This document shows positions 34,146 through 46,599 of a stretch of DNA of 50,482 nucleotides, in pieces. Source of the stretch: Octopus bimaculoides (Eukaryota); NCBI RefSeq assembly GCF_001194135.2, contig NC_068988.1, forward strand, positions 87,457,198 to 87,507,679, given 5' to 3'. Within the stretch, counting starts at the first letter, position 1. Each line of letters opens with the position of its first letter. A program made the translations under genes and the position numbers. The notes under the pieces were generated by a model. It searched no databases, had not been told where the DNA came from, and worked only from the letters and a program-made list of their open reading frames with translations.

Positions 34146-36171
34146 CATCATCATTTCTCCTCTCATGTTCACAAGTGCTTTGACTTATACTACTCTTAAC
34201 TTCTCTCAGTTTAGTATCCCTTGTTTTATTCTAATATTATACTTCACTCCCCCCCTTTCACCTTCCCAACCTCTCCTGCTAACAGCGTTACCCTGCTGTC
34301 TCTCTAGACCTTGCTGGCTGTGGCTAACCAAACCAATATATGGTGATACCACTCTAAAATGCCATCCACTCTGGTGGACAGAAAAAGACATTAAGGCCAA
34401 GACGTGAAGCATTTGTAAAGGCTGGATGCTATGGAGGCTCTTTGATCAGAGAGAGAGAGAAAGAGAGAAAATGGAAGAGAGAATGGATTATGAAAGGGAG
34501 GAGACCATGGGGGGTTGAAATGACATGGTTAACCTTTTAACTATATTGATGTGAGGGTGAGTGGGTTGGGCTAGTGTGTGAATTTTACTGTTTTTGCCAC
34601 CTACTGGAGCAGGTCTATGAGTGGTAGAGGTGGTGGTGGTGGTGGTAGAGTATAGCTGTGGTTGGTGATGATATAGAGTGGAGTGTAGCAGTGGTTTATG
34701 GTGAGGTGGAGTAGAATTGTAAGTAGAACTGAGATGGGGGTGGAACACAACAGTGGGTGATGGTGAATTGAAGTAGAATACAGCTGTAGTTTATGGGGGT
34801 AAGTGAGGTGGTCTGGTGGGTGGTGTTGACTGGGGCTGGAGTATAACAATAGCTAAGCTAATTAGATAGAAGATAACAATGAGACATAGAAGAAAATAGC
34901 TATAACAAGGCTTTGCTTATAATATCACTACCAGCTCATGGTCATACCCACGTACAGTAACCAGTGGCATAGTGGTGATGTGATATGAAGTGGAGTGGAG
35001 CAGGGCATTGATTGGTGGTAACAAATTTGAGGGGAGGAGCATGTTATGTTTCACCTTCTTGTTAGCCATTTCTAAAACAAACAACGAAATCAAATTACTT
35101 AAGAGAAAAGACAAAAGACAAAACAAAAAAACAACAACCATGCTTAATCTCTCAAATTTGATAATCATGATATAAACCTCCTCTACTCTCCCCCCTCCAC
35201 CTCTTCCAGTGTCCTCTTATCTACCATCAACATTTGGTTTATCTAATTTCTCTTCTTCACCCTTCCTTCTACCTCTGATTTTTGGTTTTTGCATGTTTGT
35301 ATTCTTTACTTTAATGCCACCCCCATCACCATCTACCATCACCTCATATGTAAATAACACTGCTTGACCTTAAAACTTTCTTTGAGAAGATTTCTGAGTA
35401 CCAGAGTACTTAAGACAGTTGTGGGTTATGAACGAATATGTATAGTTGTCCTTATCTATATGGTTAATAAACACACGCATACTGCTTTTTAAAAAAAATT
35501 TTTGTTGTTATTGTAAAATTCTTATCCCCACCAGTTAACTTTCAGTGTGACACAAAATGTACATTCATTAGATATATAAATTTCATCCTGTCTATAACAT
35601 CATCATTATCACCAACGTTTAACTGTCCGTTTTTCCGTTCTTGCACGAGTCATGCAGAATTTGTTGGGGCAAATATTCTCCAGGCAGATCCCCTTCCTGG
35701 TGACAGTGCTCACCTATTTTCAACCAAGGTAAGAGTCCCCCATAGCTAGACATGTGTTCATGGAAGATTGGAGATGAACAACACCATTTGCGTGGCAGTG
35801 ATGCTTGTTTACAACTCTCACATGATGTCTAGGCAAGGAGGCAAAAACACACTAGAATACACAAACCGTGAAGCTGTGTAAGTGATACAAGAGCCTAGAG
35901 TTACATGCAAGACACTTACCTAGCCCCTCCACTCTCTACATATTTAAATGCAAGCAAGGAGATATGGTTAACTTAGCTTCGTGTCTGTGTGGTTTTGACA
36001 TTGGTCTCATTGCATGGTATTTCAGACAAGTGTCTTCTACTATAGCACCAGGCTGACCAAAGCCTTGTAAATAAACTAGGTAGATGGAAACTGAAAGAAA
36101 CTCATCTTGTATAAGTGTGTATGTGGATATATATGTTTGAATATATGTATGTGTTTGTGTATATACATGAT

Positions 36172-36214
<43 letters not shown>

Positions 36215-36579
36215 NNNNNNNNNNNNNNNNNNNNNNNNNNNNNNNNNNNNNNNNNNNNNNNNNNNNNNNNNNNNNNNNNNNNNNNNNNNNNNNNNNNNNN
36301 NNNNNNNNNNNNNNNNNNNNNNNNNNNNNNNNNNNNNNNNNNNNNNNNNNNNNNNNNNNNNNNNNNNNNNNNNNNNNNNNNNNNNNNNNNNNNNNNNNNN
36401 NNNNNNNNNNNNNNNNNNNNNNNNNNNNNNNNTATTTACTCAAGTACCCAAAATAACAAGGAGTTTCTACCTCATAAACAGGAGTTACACCACAGTCATT
36501 TTGTGATCTTTGCTACCCTGGTGTCTATTAACCAATTTATTTTGTCCGAGTTAATTATTAACTAAGAGAAAATAAATAC

Positions 36580-36615
<36 letters not shown>

Positions 36616-36757
36616 TGTATATATATTGTGTGTGTGTGCACACCTATATGTCTTTGTCTACATTTGTGCTCTCCTATTTATTAGTATGGCCGTGTTCTAA
36701 TCCAGGCCACAGCAACACCTGCCACACTTCTTGGTCCAGTATCACTGCCTCGAGGTC

Positions 36758-36966
36758 CTTGTTGGCTGCAACACAAGAATTCTACAAATGGCCCTAAATG
36801 TGAAATGGCAGCAACATACGATGCGCAAATGCCTTTATAGAGACCTGCTGAAAGTTAGCAAGACGATCAGGCAAAGACAGCTGAAACTATCTGGTCACTA
36901 CATGTGCTACCCTGAATTGGAAATATCCAAATTAGTCTTGTAGAACCCATTTCATGGTGAGAGGAA
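36758..36966 (+). mobile_element. Decayed RTE-X-like LINE C-terminal fragment
   Basis: Reads LVGCNTRILQMALNVKWQQH...LYRDLLKVSKTIRQRQLKLSGHY..YPE...LVL*NPFHG. Confidence 0.7.
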
Positions 36967-38482
36967 AACATTGTCACATGTTAACAATTTGTGCTCTCTT
37001 AGAGTCATTCAGTACAAGCAGTGTTGTTCTGTTGATTAATTGTCCACTTGCTTTATATTTTGAAAGACATATTAAAGACATGTTACTGTTGTACAAACAG
37101 TGTCCTTCAGTCATTTTCTGTGAAAATGTCTGGTCAGTGGAGAAGTATTACCTTGCTTGAAAGCAGGTGAGGGTTGGTGACAGGAAAGGCATCCAGCTGT
37201 AGGCGGTTCATCTTAAGAAATTTTCATTCATCCCATGAAAGTAAACATTAAAAAAAAAAATGATACTTGTTCTGTTACATTTGTCCTCCACAGCAGAAAT
37301 GTTAAGGCCACTCCTTGTGGTGAAAAGGATTGTCCTGCAAGAGTCCTCCTGTGCAGGTGCCATGTACAGAAGTACTTGTGCCAGTGCCACGTCAAAAGCA
37401 CCCAACACACACTGTAAAGTTCTTGGATTTAGGAAGGGCATCCAGCTGTAGAAACCAAGCCAAAACAGACTGGGACTTGGTGCAGCCTTCTGGCTTGCCA
37501 GCTCTGGTCATACTGTCCAACCCATGCCAGCATGGACAACAGATGTTAAATGATGATGATGATGATGGTACTCTCTCTCTCTGTCTCTCTCACACCTGCA
37601 CACACTAATTCTTTGCTACCTTTTGTCCCCATTAAACATTATCCTCCTCCTCCTGCTCTTCCACTACTCTATTCCAATGCCAGGTGGAGTATCACTGTTA
37701 AAACTCTCAGCTCAGATCAATAGAATTATTATAGATGTTCATTTTGAAAATGATGCACAGTCAATAAATAAACCTGTAGATGGCCTGTTAAAAATGGTAG
37801 CCAAATTTTCCCTCAATCACAGCATATTTTCTTAAATAATATCCTCATACATACACTAGCTAAATAAATTATAGGATCATCATGGCAAGAAATTACTTTG
37901 ATCATGGTTTGCTGGATAAGGACCTACCTGTGACTAAAAGACAACAATAAAGATTGCTATGTATACAATGCCTTGCAAAAGTCTACATCCCCTTTGAAAA
38001 TTTATATATTTTGTATAACTTAACATGGAACAACACATTGTTTCAATTCTGATGATTGTTGAATAATAAGCAGATCCATCACACTTTCCTTTGATATAAA
38101 AATTACATTTTAAAAATTTCACACTGATTCTTAAAATCATATAACTTAGAAAAATGTCTTTGCAAAAGTCTACACCCACCCCAGATACCTGATACCTGTG
38201 TTATCAGGTAGTTTGTCATTGGTGTATACAATCCAAAACAATCAAAAGTGACATGTGCATTCTACCATAACAAACAAACTTGGCTAGTCTATTATTTTGC
38301 TATATAAAGTGATTTAACTGCCTACAAAATCATTCACCACATGGTTTGTTTTGGTATGTTGGTCTTTGGACTCTGACTGTAAACACAAGGTGTCCAACTC
38401 AGGAAAGAAAATGGGCAAGCCTCTGTCTCAGGAACTTAAAAACCTTATTATTCAAAAGTACAATGAAAATAATAGCTATAAA

Positions 38483-39016
38483 AAGATTGTCCCGTAGAAA
38501 CCTCCAGTTGTCTTCTACATCATGTGAAGCTATATCCCCTTCTATTTCGTCAAAGGCTTTGAGTAATATGTCTCTAAATCTCTGTCCATTCACAGGATAA
38601 TGTGGTGGTGGAACAATGTTGTTGACAGGGCTATTAGAGAAAATAAACAGGCTTGGGGGGACTGGAAGAACGGTGGTAGCAGGGAATTGTATCAGACTGC
38701 CAGAAGGGAAGCTAGGAGACAAGTTTATATAGCCAGAGGGGAAGCAGATAAGACAAAATTTGCCAATGTTCTGCGCTGTGAGGACCAAAGACTTGAGGTA
38801 TTTCGTGTTGCAAGACAGTGTGTGACAGTGTGTGCTGGTGGCACGTAAAAGCACCTACTACACTCTCAGAGTGGTTGGCGTTATGAAGGGCGTCCAGCTA
38901 TAGAGACTCTGCCAGATCAGATTGGAGCCTGGTGCAGCCATCTGGTTCGCCAGTCCTCAGTCAAATCGTCCAACCCATGCTAGCATGGAAAGCGGACGTT
39001 AAATGACGATGATGAT
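38483..39016 (+). mobile_element. RTE LINE copy with 5' inversion and large internal deletion
   Basis: 38483-38598 reads DPVNGQRFRDILLKAFDEIEGDIASHDVEDNWRFLRDNL on the minus strand. 38599-38823 reads WWWNNVVDRAIRE...VARQCV on the plus strand. The 3' UTR tail follows directly. Confidence 0.85.
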
Positions 39017-39928
39017 ATATGTACATCCCCCACTCGTGTTTCATTGGTCACTCCTGGACCCTACTCAAATTTAACAGTTATCACCTCCTCCTCTCTATTT
39101 CTACATATCATCTCCCACCATCATTTGACAACTGGTGTTAGTGTGTTTACATCCCCGTAACCTAGCAGTTCAGCAAAAATGACCAATAGAATAAGTACGA
39201 GGCTTAAAATAAAAATGAGGATTGGGTCCAATTCATTTGACTAAAATTCATCAAGGTGGTGTCCCAGCATGGCCACAGTCTAATGACTGAAACAAGTAAA
39301 AGGTAACAGATAAAATGATAAGCAGATAGAGAGGAAGGTGACTGGGGGTGGGATAATGATGATGACTATGTTAGTGGGTAACACAACAGCTGTTTGATTA
39401 AGGGTGGTGGTGGTAGTGGTTGTGTGTCTGGGTGGTGATGGCTGGTTTTTAATGCACACACATATATTACACACACACACACACACAAATGCATACACAT
39501 CATCATTTTCTTAATGTCCACTTTTCCATAGTTGCTTGGGCTGGACAGAATTTACTGAGGCAATACACCATACTTGAGAAGACCTGTCAAGCCAAGTGAG
39601 ATCGTAGTCATGGCCGATGCTGGTGTTTTGTAACTGGCACCCATGCCAGTAGCATGAAAAAGCACCCGCTACATTCTTAGAGTGGTCGGTGTTAGGAAAG
39701 GCATCCAGCTGTAGAAAGCACACCAAATCAAATTGGAGTCTGGTGCAGCTCTCCTGATTACCAGTTTTCAGCCAAACTGTCCAACCCATGCCAGCATGGA
39801 AAATGGATGTTAAACGATGATGATGATAATGATGAAGGAAGGAACATTTTGACAGGATCAGTAAACCTATACATAAAATATGTTATGGTATTCTCTTTAA
39901 ATCCAAATCTTCATTTGTCTTTAGTTTC

Positions 39929-40097
39929 CAGGAGTGGCTGTGTAGTAAGTAGCTTGCTTACCAACCACATGCTTCCGGGTTCAGTCCCACTGTGTGGCAT
40001 CTTGGGCAAGTGTCTTCTACTATAGCCTCGGGCCGACCAAAGCCCTGTGAGTGGATTTGGTAGACGGAAACTGAAAGAAGCCCATCGTTTATATGTA
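39929..40097 (+). mobile_element. tRNA-SINE family A, 5' half running into a gap
   Basis: Matches the consensus head. Confidence 0.85.
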
Positions 40098-40724
40098 CNN
40101 NNNNNNNNNNNNNNNNNNNNNNNNNNNNNNNNNNNNNNNNNNNNNNNNNNNNNNNNNNNNNNNNNNNNNNNNNNNNNNNNNNNNNNNNNNNNNNNNNNNN
40201 NNNNNNNNNNNNNNNNNNNNNNNNNNNNNNNNNNNNNNNNNNNNNNNNNNNNNNNNNNNNNNNNNNNNNNNNNNNNNNNNNNNNNNNNNNNNNNNNNNNN
40301 NNNNNNNNNNNNNNNNNNNNNNNNNNNNNNNNNNNNNNNNNNNNNNNNNNNNNNNNNNNNNNNNNNNNNNNNNNNNNNNNNNNNNNNNNNNNNNNNNNNN
40401 NNNNNNNNNNNNNNNNNNNNNNNNNNNNNNNNNNNNNNNNNNNNNNNNNNNNNNNNNNNNNNNNNNNNNNNNNNNNNNNNNNNNNNNNNNNNNNNNNNNN
40501 NNNNNNNNNNNNNNNNNNNNNNNNNNNNNNNNNNNNNNNNNNNNNNNNNNNNNNNNNNNNNNNNGGAGAAGGGCCCTTTTGTTGCCATCCAAGATGACAA
40601 TTACTCAGACTACTTCTAAATCTTCTGGCCTTAAAATCTACTTCTGTTCTTTGCTTCTTATTTGATTAACCATGTCTGACTGCTACCTATTTATCTTATT
40701 TAAAATGTTTACTTTCATATATAA

Positions 40725-41128
40725 GGCACTGGCATGGCTGTGTGGTAAGAAGTTAGCTTCCCAACCACATAATTCCAGGTTCAGTCCCATAGCATGGCAC
40801 CTTGGGTAAGTGTCTTTTACTGTGGCCTCAGGCTGACCAAAGCCTTGTGAGTGGATTTGGTAGACGGAAACTGAAAGAAGCCCATCGTTTATATGTACAT
40901 GTCTGTGCTTGTCTTTGTGTCTGTGTTTGTTCCCCACCATCACTGCTTGACAACCAATGTTGGTGTGTTTATGTTCCTGTAACTTAGCAGTTTGGCAAAT
41001 GAGACTGATAGAATAAGTACTAGGCTTACAAATAATGTCCTGGGGGTTGATTTCCTCAACTAAAAAAACCCTTTAAGGCAATGCTTTAGCATGGCCAGTC
41101 AGACTGAAACAAGTAAAAGAATAAAAGG
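40725..41128 (+). mobile_element. tRNA-SINE family A, older CpG-decayed copy
   Basis: Colinear with the consensus, with many CG>TG/CA changes. Confidence 0.85.
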
Positions 41129-41700
41129 ATAAATGTATATATCTTATTTAATTATTCCCAAGTACATGTAGCTTTATCTCTAGTGTAGTCTTCTTATCTC
41201 TCTCTTTCTCTTTCCCACNNNNNNNNNNNNNNNNNNNNNNNNNNNNNNNNNNNNNNNNNNNNNNNNNNNNNNNNNNNNNNNNNNNNNNNNNNNNNNNNNN
41301 NNNNNNNNNNNNNNNNNNNNNNNNNNNNNNNNNNNNNNNNNNNNNNNNNNNNNNNNNNNNNNNNNNNNNNNNNNNNNNNNNNNNNNNNNNNNNNNNNNNN
41401 NNNNNNNNNNNNNNNNNNNNNNNNNNNNNNNNNNNNNNNNNNNNNNNNNNNNNNNNNNNNNNNNNNNNNNNNNNNNNNNNNNNNNNNNNNNNNNNNNNNN
41501 NNNNNNNNNNNNNNNNNNNNNNNNNNNNNNNNNNNNNNNNNNNAACTGTTAGCACGCTGGACAAAATGCTTATTGGGATCGATGTAATCAGCTTACCTCT
41601 GCCCCAAAATTGTTAGCCTTGTGCCAAAATTTGAAGCCATTATTATTATTGTTGTTGTTGTTGTAATTATTAAAGCAGCAAGCTAGCAGAATCGTTAGCA

Positions 41701-41932
41701 AGGCGGTGAGCTGGCAGAAACGTTAGCAAGCCGGGCGAAATGCTTAGTTGTATTTCATCTGCCGCTACGTTCTGAGTTCAAATTCCGCTGAGGTCGACTT
41801 TACCTTTCATCCTTTCAGGGTCGATAAATTAAGTACCAGTTATGCACTGGGGTCTATGTAATCGACTTAATCCCTTTGTCTGTCCTTGTTTGTCCCCTCT
41901 GTGTGTAGCCCCTTGTGGGCAATAAAGAAATA
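41701..41932 (+). mobile_element. Young family B SINE nested in an older family B copy
   Basis: 13-bp TSD agaatcgttagca at 41688-41700 and 41933-41945. Confidence 0.9.
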
Positions 41933-42180
41933 AGAATCGTTAGCACCCCAGGTGAAACGCTTATCGGCATTTTGTCCATTGTTACATTCTCAGTTCAAAT
42001 TCAGCTACGGTTGACTTTGCCTTTCAACCTTTTGGGATTGATAAATTAAGTCCCAGTGAAACATGGTGGGCAATGTAATCGACTAGTCCCCTCTCTCCAA
42101 AATTCAGGCCTTGTATCTAGAGTAGAAAAGATTATCATTCTTCTTCTTCTTCTTCTTCTTCCATGCTGTCTGTTCTTTTT

Positions 42181-42351
42181 GACTATCTAATACACTTTCT
42201 TGATTATTCTGGCCATGTCAAGGATTCAAACCTTTTGCAATCATTCTACTGGGCACTCTATTCCAATTTCTTTTATAGTCCTCTTGATGCCTTCTGATAC
42301 TGTCTTGAAGGACCCAACAATAAGTGGAACTATCTTCACCTTCTCCATCAC
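42181..42351 (-). mobile_element. R4/Dong-like non-LTR retrotransposon C-terminal remnant
   Basis: Reads VMEKVKIVPLIVGSFKTVSEGIKRTIKEIGIECPVE*LQKV*ILDMARIIKKV, matching the pattern VPIVIGALG...LQKA.LLGTARI.RKVL. Confidence 0.7.
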
Positions 42352-42507
42352 TATTATTATTATTATTATGGAGTGAGAGAGAGCAGTGCATGCTGTCAAT
42401 GATGCTGGGGTACAAATATGCAAAGCCCAATATACCTATCATGACTACCCGTTTGATAAGAGTACACGAGGCACATGCATCACAACCATATGTGGGCGAC
42501 ATGGTGA

Positions 42508-42549
<42 letters not shown>

Positions 42550-43506
42550 GGTGGCAAGCTGGCAGAATCATTAGCATGTTGGGTAAAATGCCCAGTGGCT
42601 TTTCGTCTGTCCTTACATCAGGCAGTGAGCTGGTAGAATCATTGGCATCTGGACAAAGTGCTTAGCAGAATTTCATCCATTTCTGTGATCTGAGTTCAAA
42701 TTCCTCGGTCAACTTTGCCTTTCATCCTCTCAGAGTCAATGAAATAAGTACCAAGTGAACACTGGGGGTCTGTGTAATTGACTAACCTCTCTACCAAAAT
42801 TCTTTGTAAGCCTAGTACTTATTCTATGGGTTTCTTTTGCTGAACCACTAAGTTACAGAGGCATAAACACACCAATTGGTTGTCAAGCAATGGTGCGGGG
42901 ACAAACACAGATACAAAGACACACACACATAAATATATATATCATCATCATCATCAACATCATTTAACGTCCGTTTTCCATGCTGGCATGGGTTGGACGG
43001 TTCGGCTGGGGTCTGGAAAGCCAGGAGGCTGCACCAGGCACCAGTTTGATCAGACTCAACATGGAGGCTCACATCTGGTATATCTGTTAAAATGAGATGT
43101 CAGTATTATTTTCATTTTTGCATAATTTTGACAACAATTTATTCACCACACCCTGTATATGTAACCATAAATAAAAATATTTTATATAACCTTAAATGTC
43201 CACCCTGCTCGGTGGCTAGTGTTAGGAAGGACATCCAGCTGTAAAAGCCATGTCAATACAGGCACAGAAGTTTGATGCAGTCTTCTGCCAGGCCAGCTCC
43301 TGTCAAACCGTCCAACCCATGCTAGCATAGAATGTAGGCATTAAACAATGATGATGATGATGATATGACAGACTTCTTTCAGTTTCCATTTACCAAATCC
43401 ACACACAAGGCTTTGGTCAGCCCAAGGTGCCATACAATGGGTCTGAACCATGAACCATGTCGTTGAGAAGCAAGCTTCTTACCACACAGCCACGTCTGTG
43501 CCTATA

Positions 43507-43608
<102 letters not shown>

Positions 43609-44551
43609 NNNNNNNNNNNNNNNNNNNNNNNNNNNNNNNNNNNNNNNNNNNNNNNNNNNNNNNNNNNNNNNNNNNNNNNNNNNNNNNNNNNNNNNNNNNN
43701 NNNNNNNNNNNNNNNNNNNNNNNNNNNNNNNNNNNNNNNNNNNNNNNNNNNNNNNNNNNNNNNNNNNNNNNNNNNNNNNNNNNNNNNCCCCCTCCCAAAA
43801 AGAAAAGCTCTACATTGTATTTGTCCCATCTTCGTTGAGCCCTGTGTGGCTAATAAAAGAAATGTATCTATCTATCTGTCTATCTGTCTATCTAGAGAGA
43901 GAGAGAGAGAGAGGGTTCAAATGCATATAGTTCAAATTTACAGTAAACAAAAGATGAAAACAGGTGAGGGAACAACACGCAGGTGTATTAACTTGACACT
44001 TGGGAACACACATCCCACATACTGCTATGACAGTGTACTCACATTTATATCCACCATACATCTATACTCCAGCATCCTTTCAATATGTATGTCTTTATGC
44101 ATGTTCCCTCTGTATTTTTCTTTCTCTCTCAGGGCATGTCAAACCATTGTTATACAAATAATTCCTTACTTAACCATATTTCTGTTGAAACGCACTCCCT
44201 TTTATTTCAACTGATTTTGGAAATAGTACAGAATTTAGTAAAATGAATTTATCATTATTAAGTTGATATTTAGAATATAGGTTAACATGAAATTATGAGG
44301 GAAGTTTTTAATTTAGATAACTTTAACCCTTTAACTTTCAGATCACTGTCAAATGTAGTGCTTATTTATTCACATTGCTTTGTATTAATTGTGTAGCTTT
44401 GAGATTTCTGTGATGTGATTGTATACTTTTAAAATGGATATTTTAGGGTAAGCATGAGAAGCATTATGTTTGACAGAATTATATGAAAGTTAAAGGTTTA
44501 AGCACCTTGATAAAATCTGGTGCCCTTATTGAATTCTACCTCTGCCCCCCA

Positions 44552-44591
<40 letters not shown>

Positions 44592-45733
44592 AGCCACTGT
44601 CCTGCACTTGTTTACACTAAGCAGCAGTCACAACAAGTGTGCAAATCTGAGAGTGGAAGAATTGAAGGAGGGAAGGAAGGGGTGTACAGCTGTCATGGTC
44701 ATGCCTCTTAACTAATTGATGTTGACATAATGATATTGTTATCCAATGTTTCTCTATAAGTATGCAAGTCATGACCTATATTATCACATCATTATTTACT
44801 GCAGCTGTTGTGAATATGCATGACATAACTGCACCACAGTACACTCTCACACACACACCTCCATAAAGTAATCTGTTAACTTTACAATAAACATATCCAA
44901 CCTTTGTCTAGATCATTTGGGAGATGAAGACCTATTGTGTTTCTCTTGATATCGACTGAGGTTGTGTCATTCACCAAGCATGTAACATAATCTTTTAGCT
45001 ATGAAGACCATGTAGTTCACTTGATTTGCTGGAAACAACAGCCACATAGCCCACAGTAACACTCTATAGCCTTGAAAATAGAAAGGACACATTAGAAAAT
45101 GTAGTTTTTGAGACACTATATGTCTGAAAAAAAGAGGGGATTGTCACTGGTGGATCATCTTTGATTAGAACAAGGCTTACAGAGGCCCAAACAGTAAATA
45201 TTGCTAATTATATAAATGAAGGTATCTTTATGTGATCACTAACCTTACCAGAAATCACAGCCAAATCTCCCACAGACAACACTCAACTGTCTTAAATAAG
45301 AATACATCATCACCATCATCTGCATCATTATTTAACATCTGCCTTCCATGCCAGTATAGGTTGGACAGTTTGACAGAAACTGGCCAGGCAGGAGTCTGTA
45401 CCAGACTTCTGGGATGTTTTGGCATGATCTTTACTACTGAATGCCCTTCCTATTATCATCCACCCAGCAGAATGGTCAGCTCAGCCCTAGATGCACTGAT
45501 AGAATAGAATATATAAGATGGGCAGAACTGGAATACTTTTGAGAATAGGCCTGTGGTTCAGAGCTGAACTGGGTCTGGACAACTCCTGTTGGGTTTACAT
45601 AAATATACTTAGTCATGGGGTGGAGATTGTTTTAGGCTCAAAGCCCAGTTGCTGTACACATGTGCCATCAAAATTTTCATATTCTTCCAATGCTTCTTGG
45701 ACCCTGCATACACAGCAGGTTTCCATAAAGTTT

Positions 45734-46195
45734 CTTATTTCTTTACTACCCACAAGGGGCTACACACAGAGGGGACAAACAAGGACATACAAACGGATTA
45801 AGTTGATTATATCGCCCCCAGTGCGTAACTGGTACTTATTTAATCGACCCTGAAAGGATGAAAGGCAAAGTTGACCTCGGCGGAATTTGAACTCAGAACG
45901 TAGTGGCAGACGAAATACCGCTAAGCATTTCGCCCGGCGTGCTAACGTTTCTGCCAGTTCGCCACCATAAAGTTTCTTATTTCTTTACTGCCCACAAGGG
46001 GCTAAACATAGAGGGGACAAACAAGGGATTAAGTCGATTACATCGACCCCAGTGCATAACTGGTACTTAATTTATCGACCCCAAAAGGATGAAAGGCAAA
46101 GTCAACCTCGGCGGAATTTGAACTCAGAACGTAGCAGCAGACGAAATACCGCTAAGCATTTCGCCAGGCATGCCAATGTTTCTGCCAGCTCGCCA
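45734..46195 (-). mobile_element. Two family B SINEs in tandem, delimited by three copies of ccataaagttt
   Basis: The motif occurs at 45723, 45965 and 46196. Confidence 0.9.
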
Positions 46196-46599
46196 CCATA
46201 AAGTTTTTGTTTACTAAATTCACACACAAGGTTGACCTGGGACTATAGTAGAAGACACCCATCCAACGTGTTGCACAGTGGAACTAAACCTGAAACAACA
46301 TGGCTTACAAAACAAACTTCTTGGCCACACAGACTTGCCTGCACTTTCCAAGTTATCTCATCTCCCATTCACCCATAACAAATGTTGTGTTGTGACAATA
46401 AGTGAGATTAGTTATATATAATATTTCACAGCATTGTTAATGTTTAGTTTGATCTGTTGATCAATTGTTTATAACTGTGGTTAATGATTAATTTTTGGTT
46501 TCTCTAGTATTAAGTAGATGTTTGGCAAATTTTCCTCGAGAAAGGATGCATTTTTATTGCATACAACTGTTCCTGTAAGGTGCATACCAATGGAATGCA

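Noticed and set aside
18900-35340. GT/GA-rich low-complexity tracts (about 18900-19460, 21080-21310, 34450-34850)
   Set aside because: These are decayed (GGT)n/(GA)n simple sequence whose ORFs are compositional artefacts.
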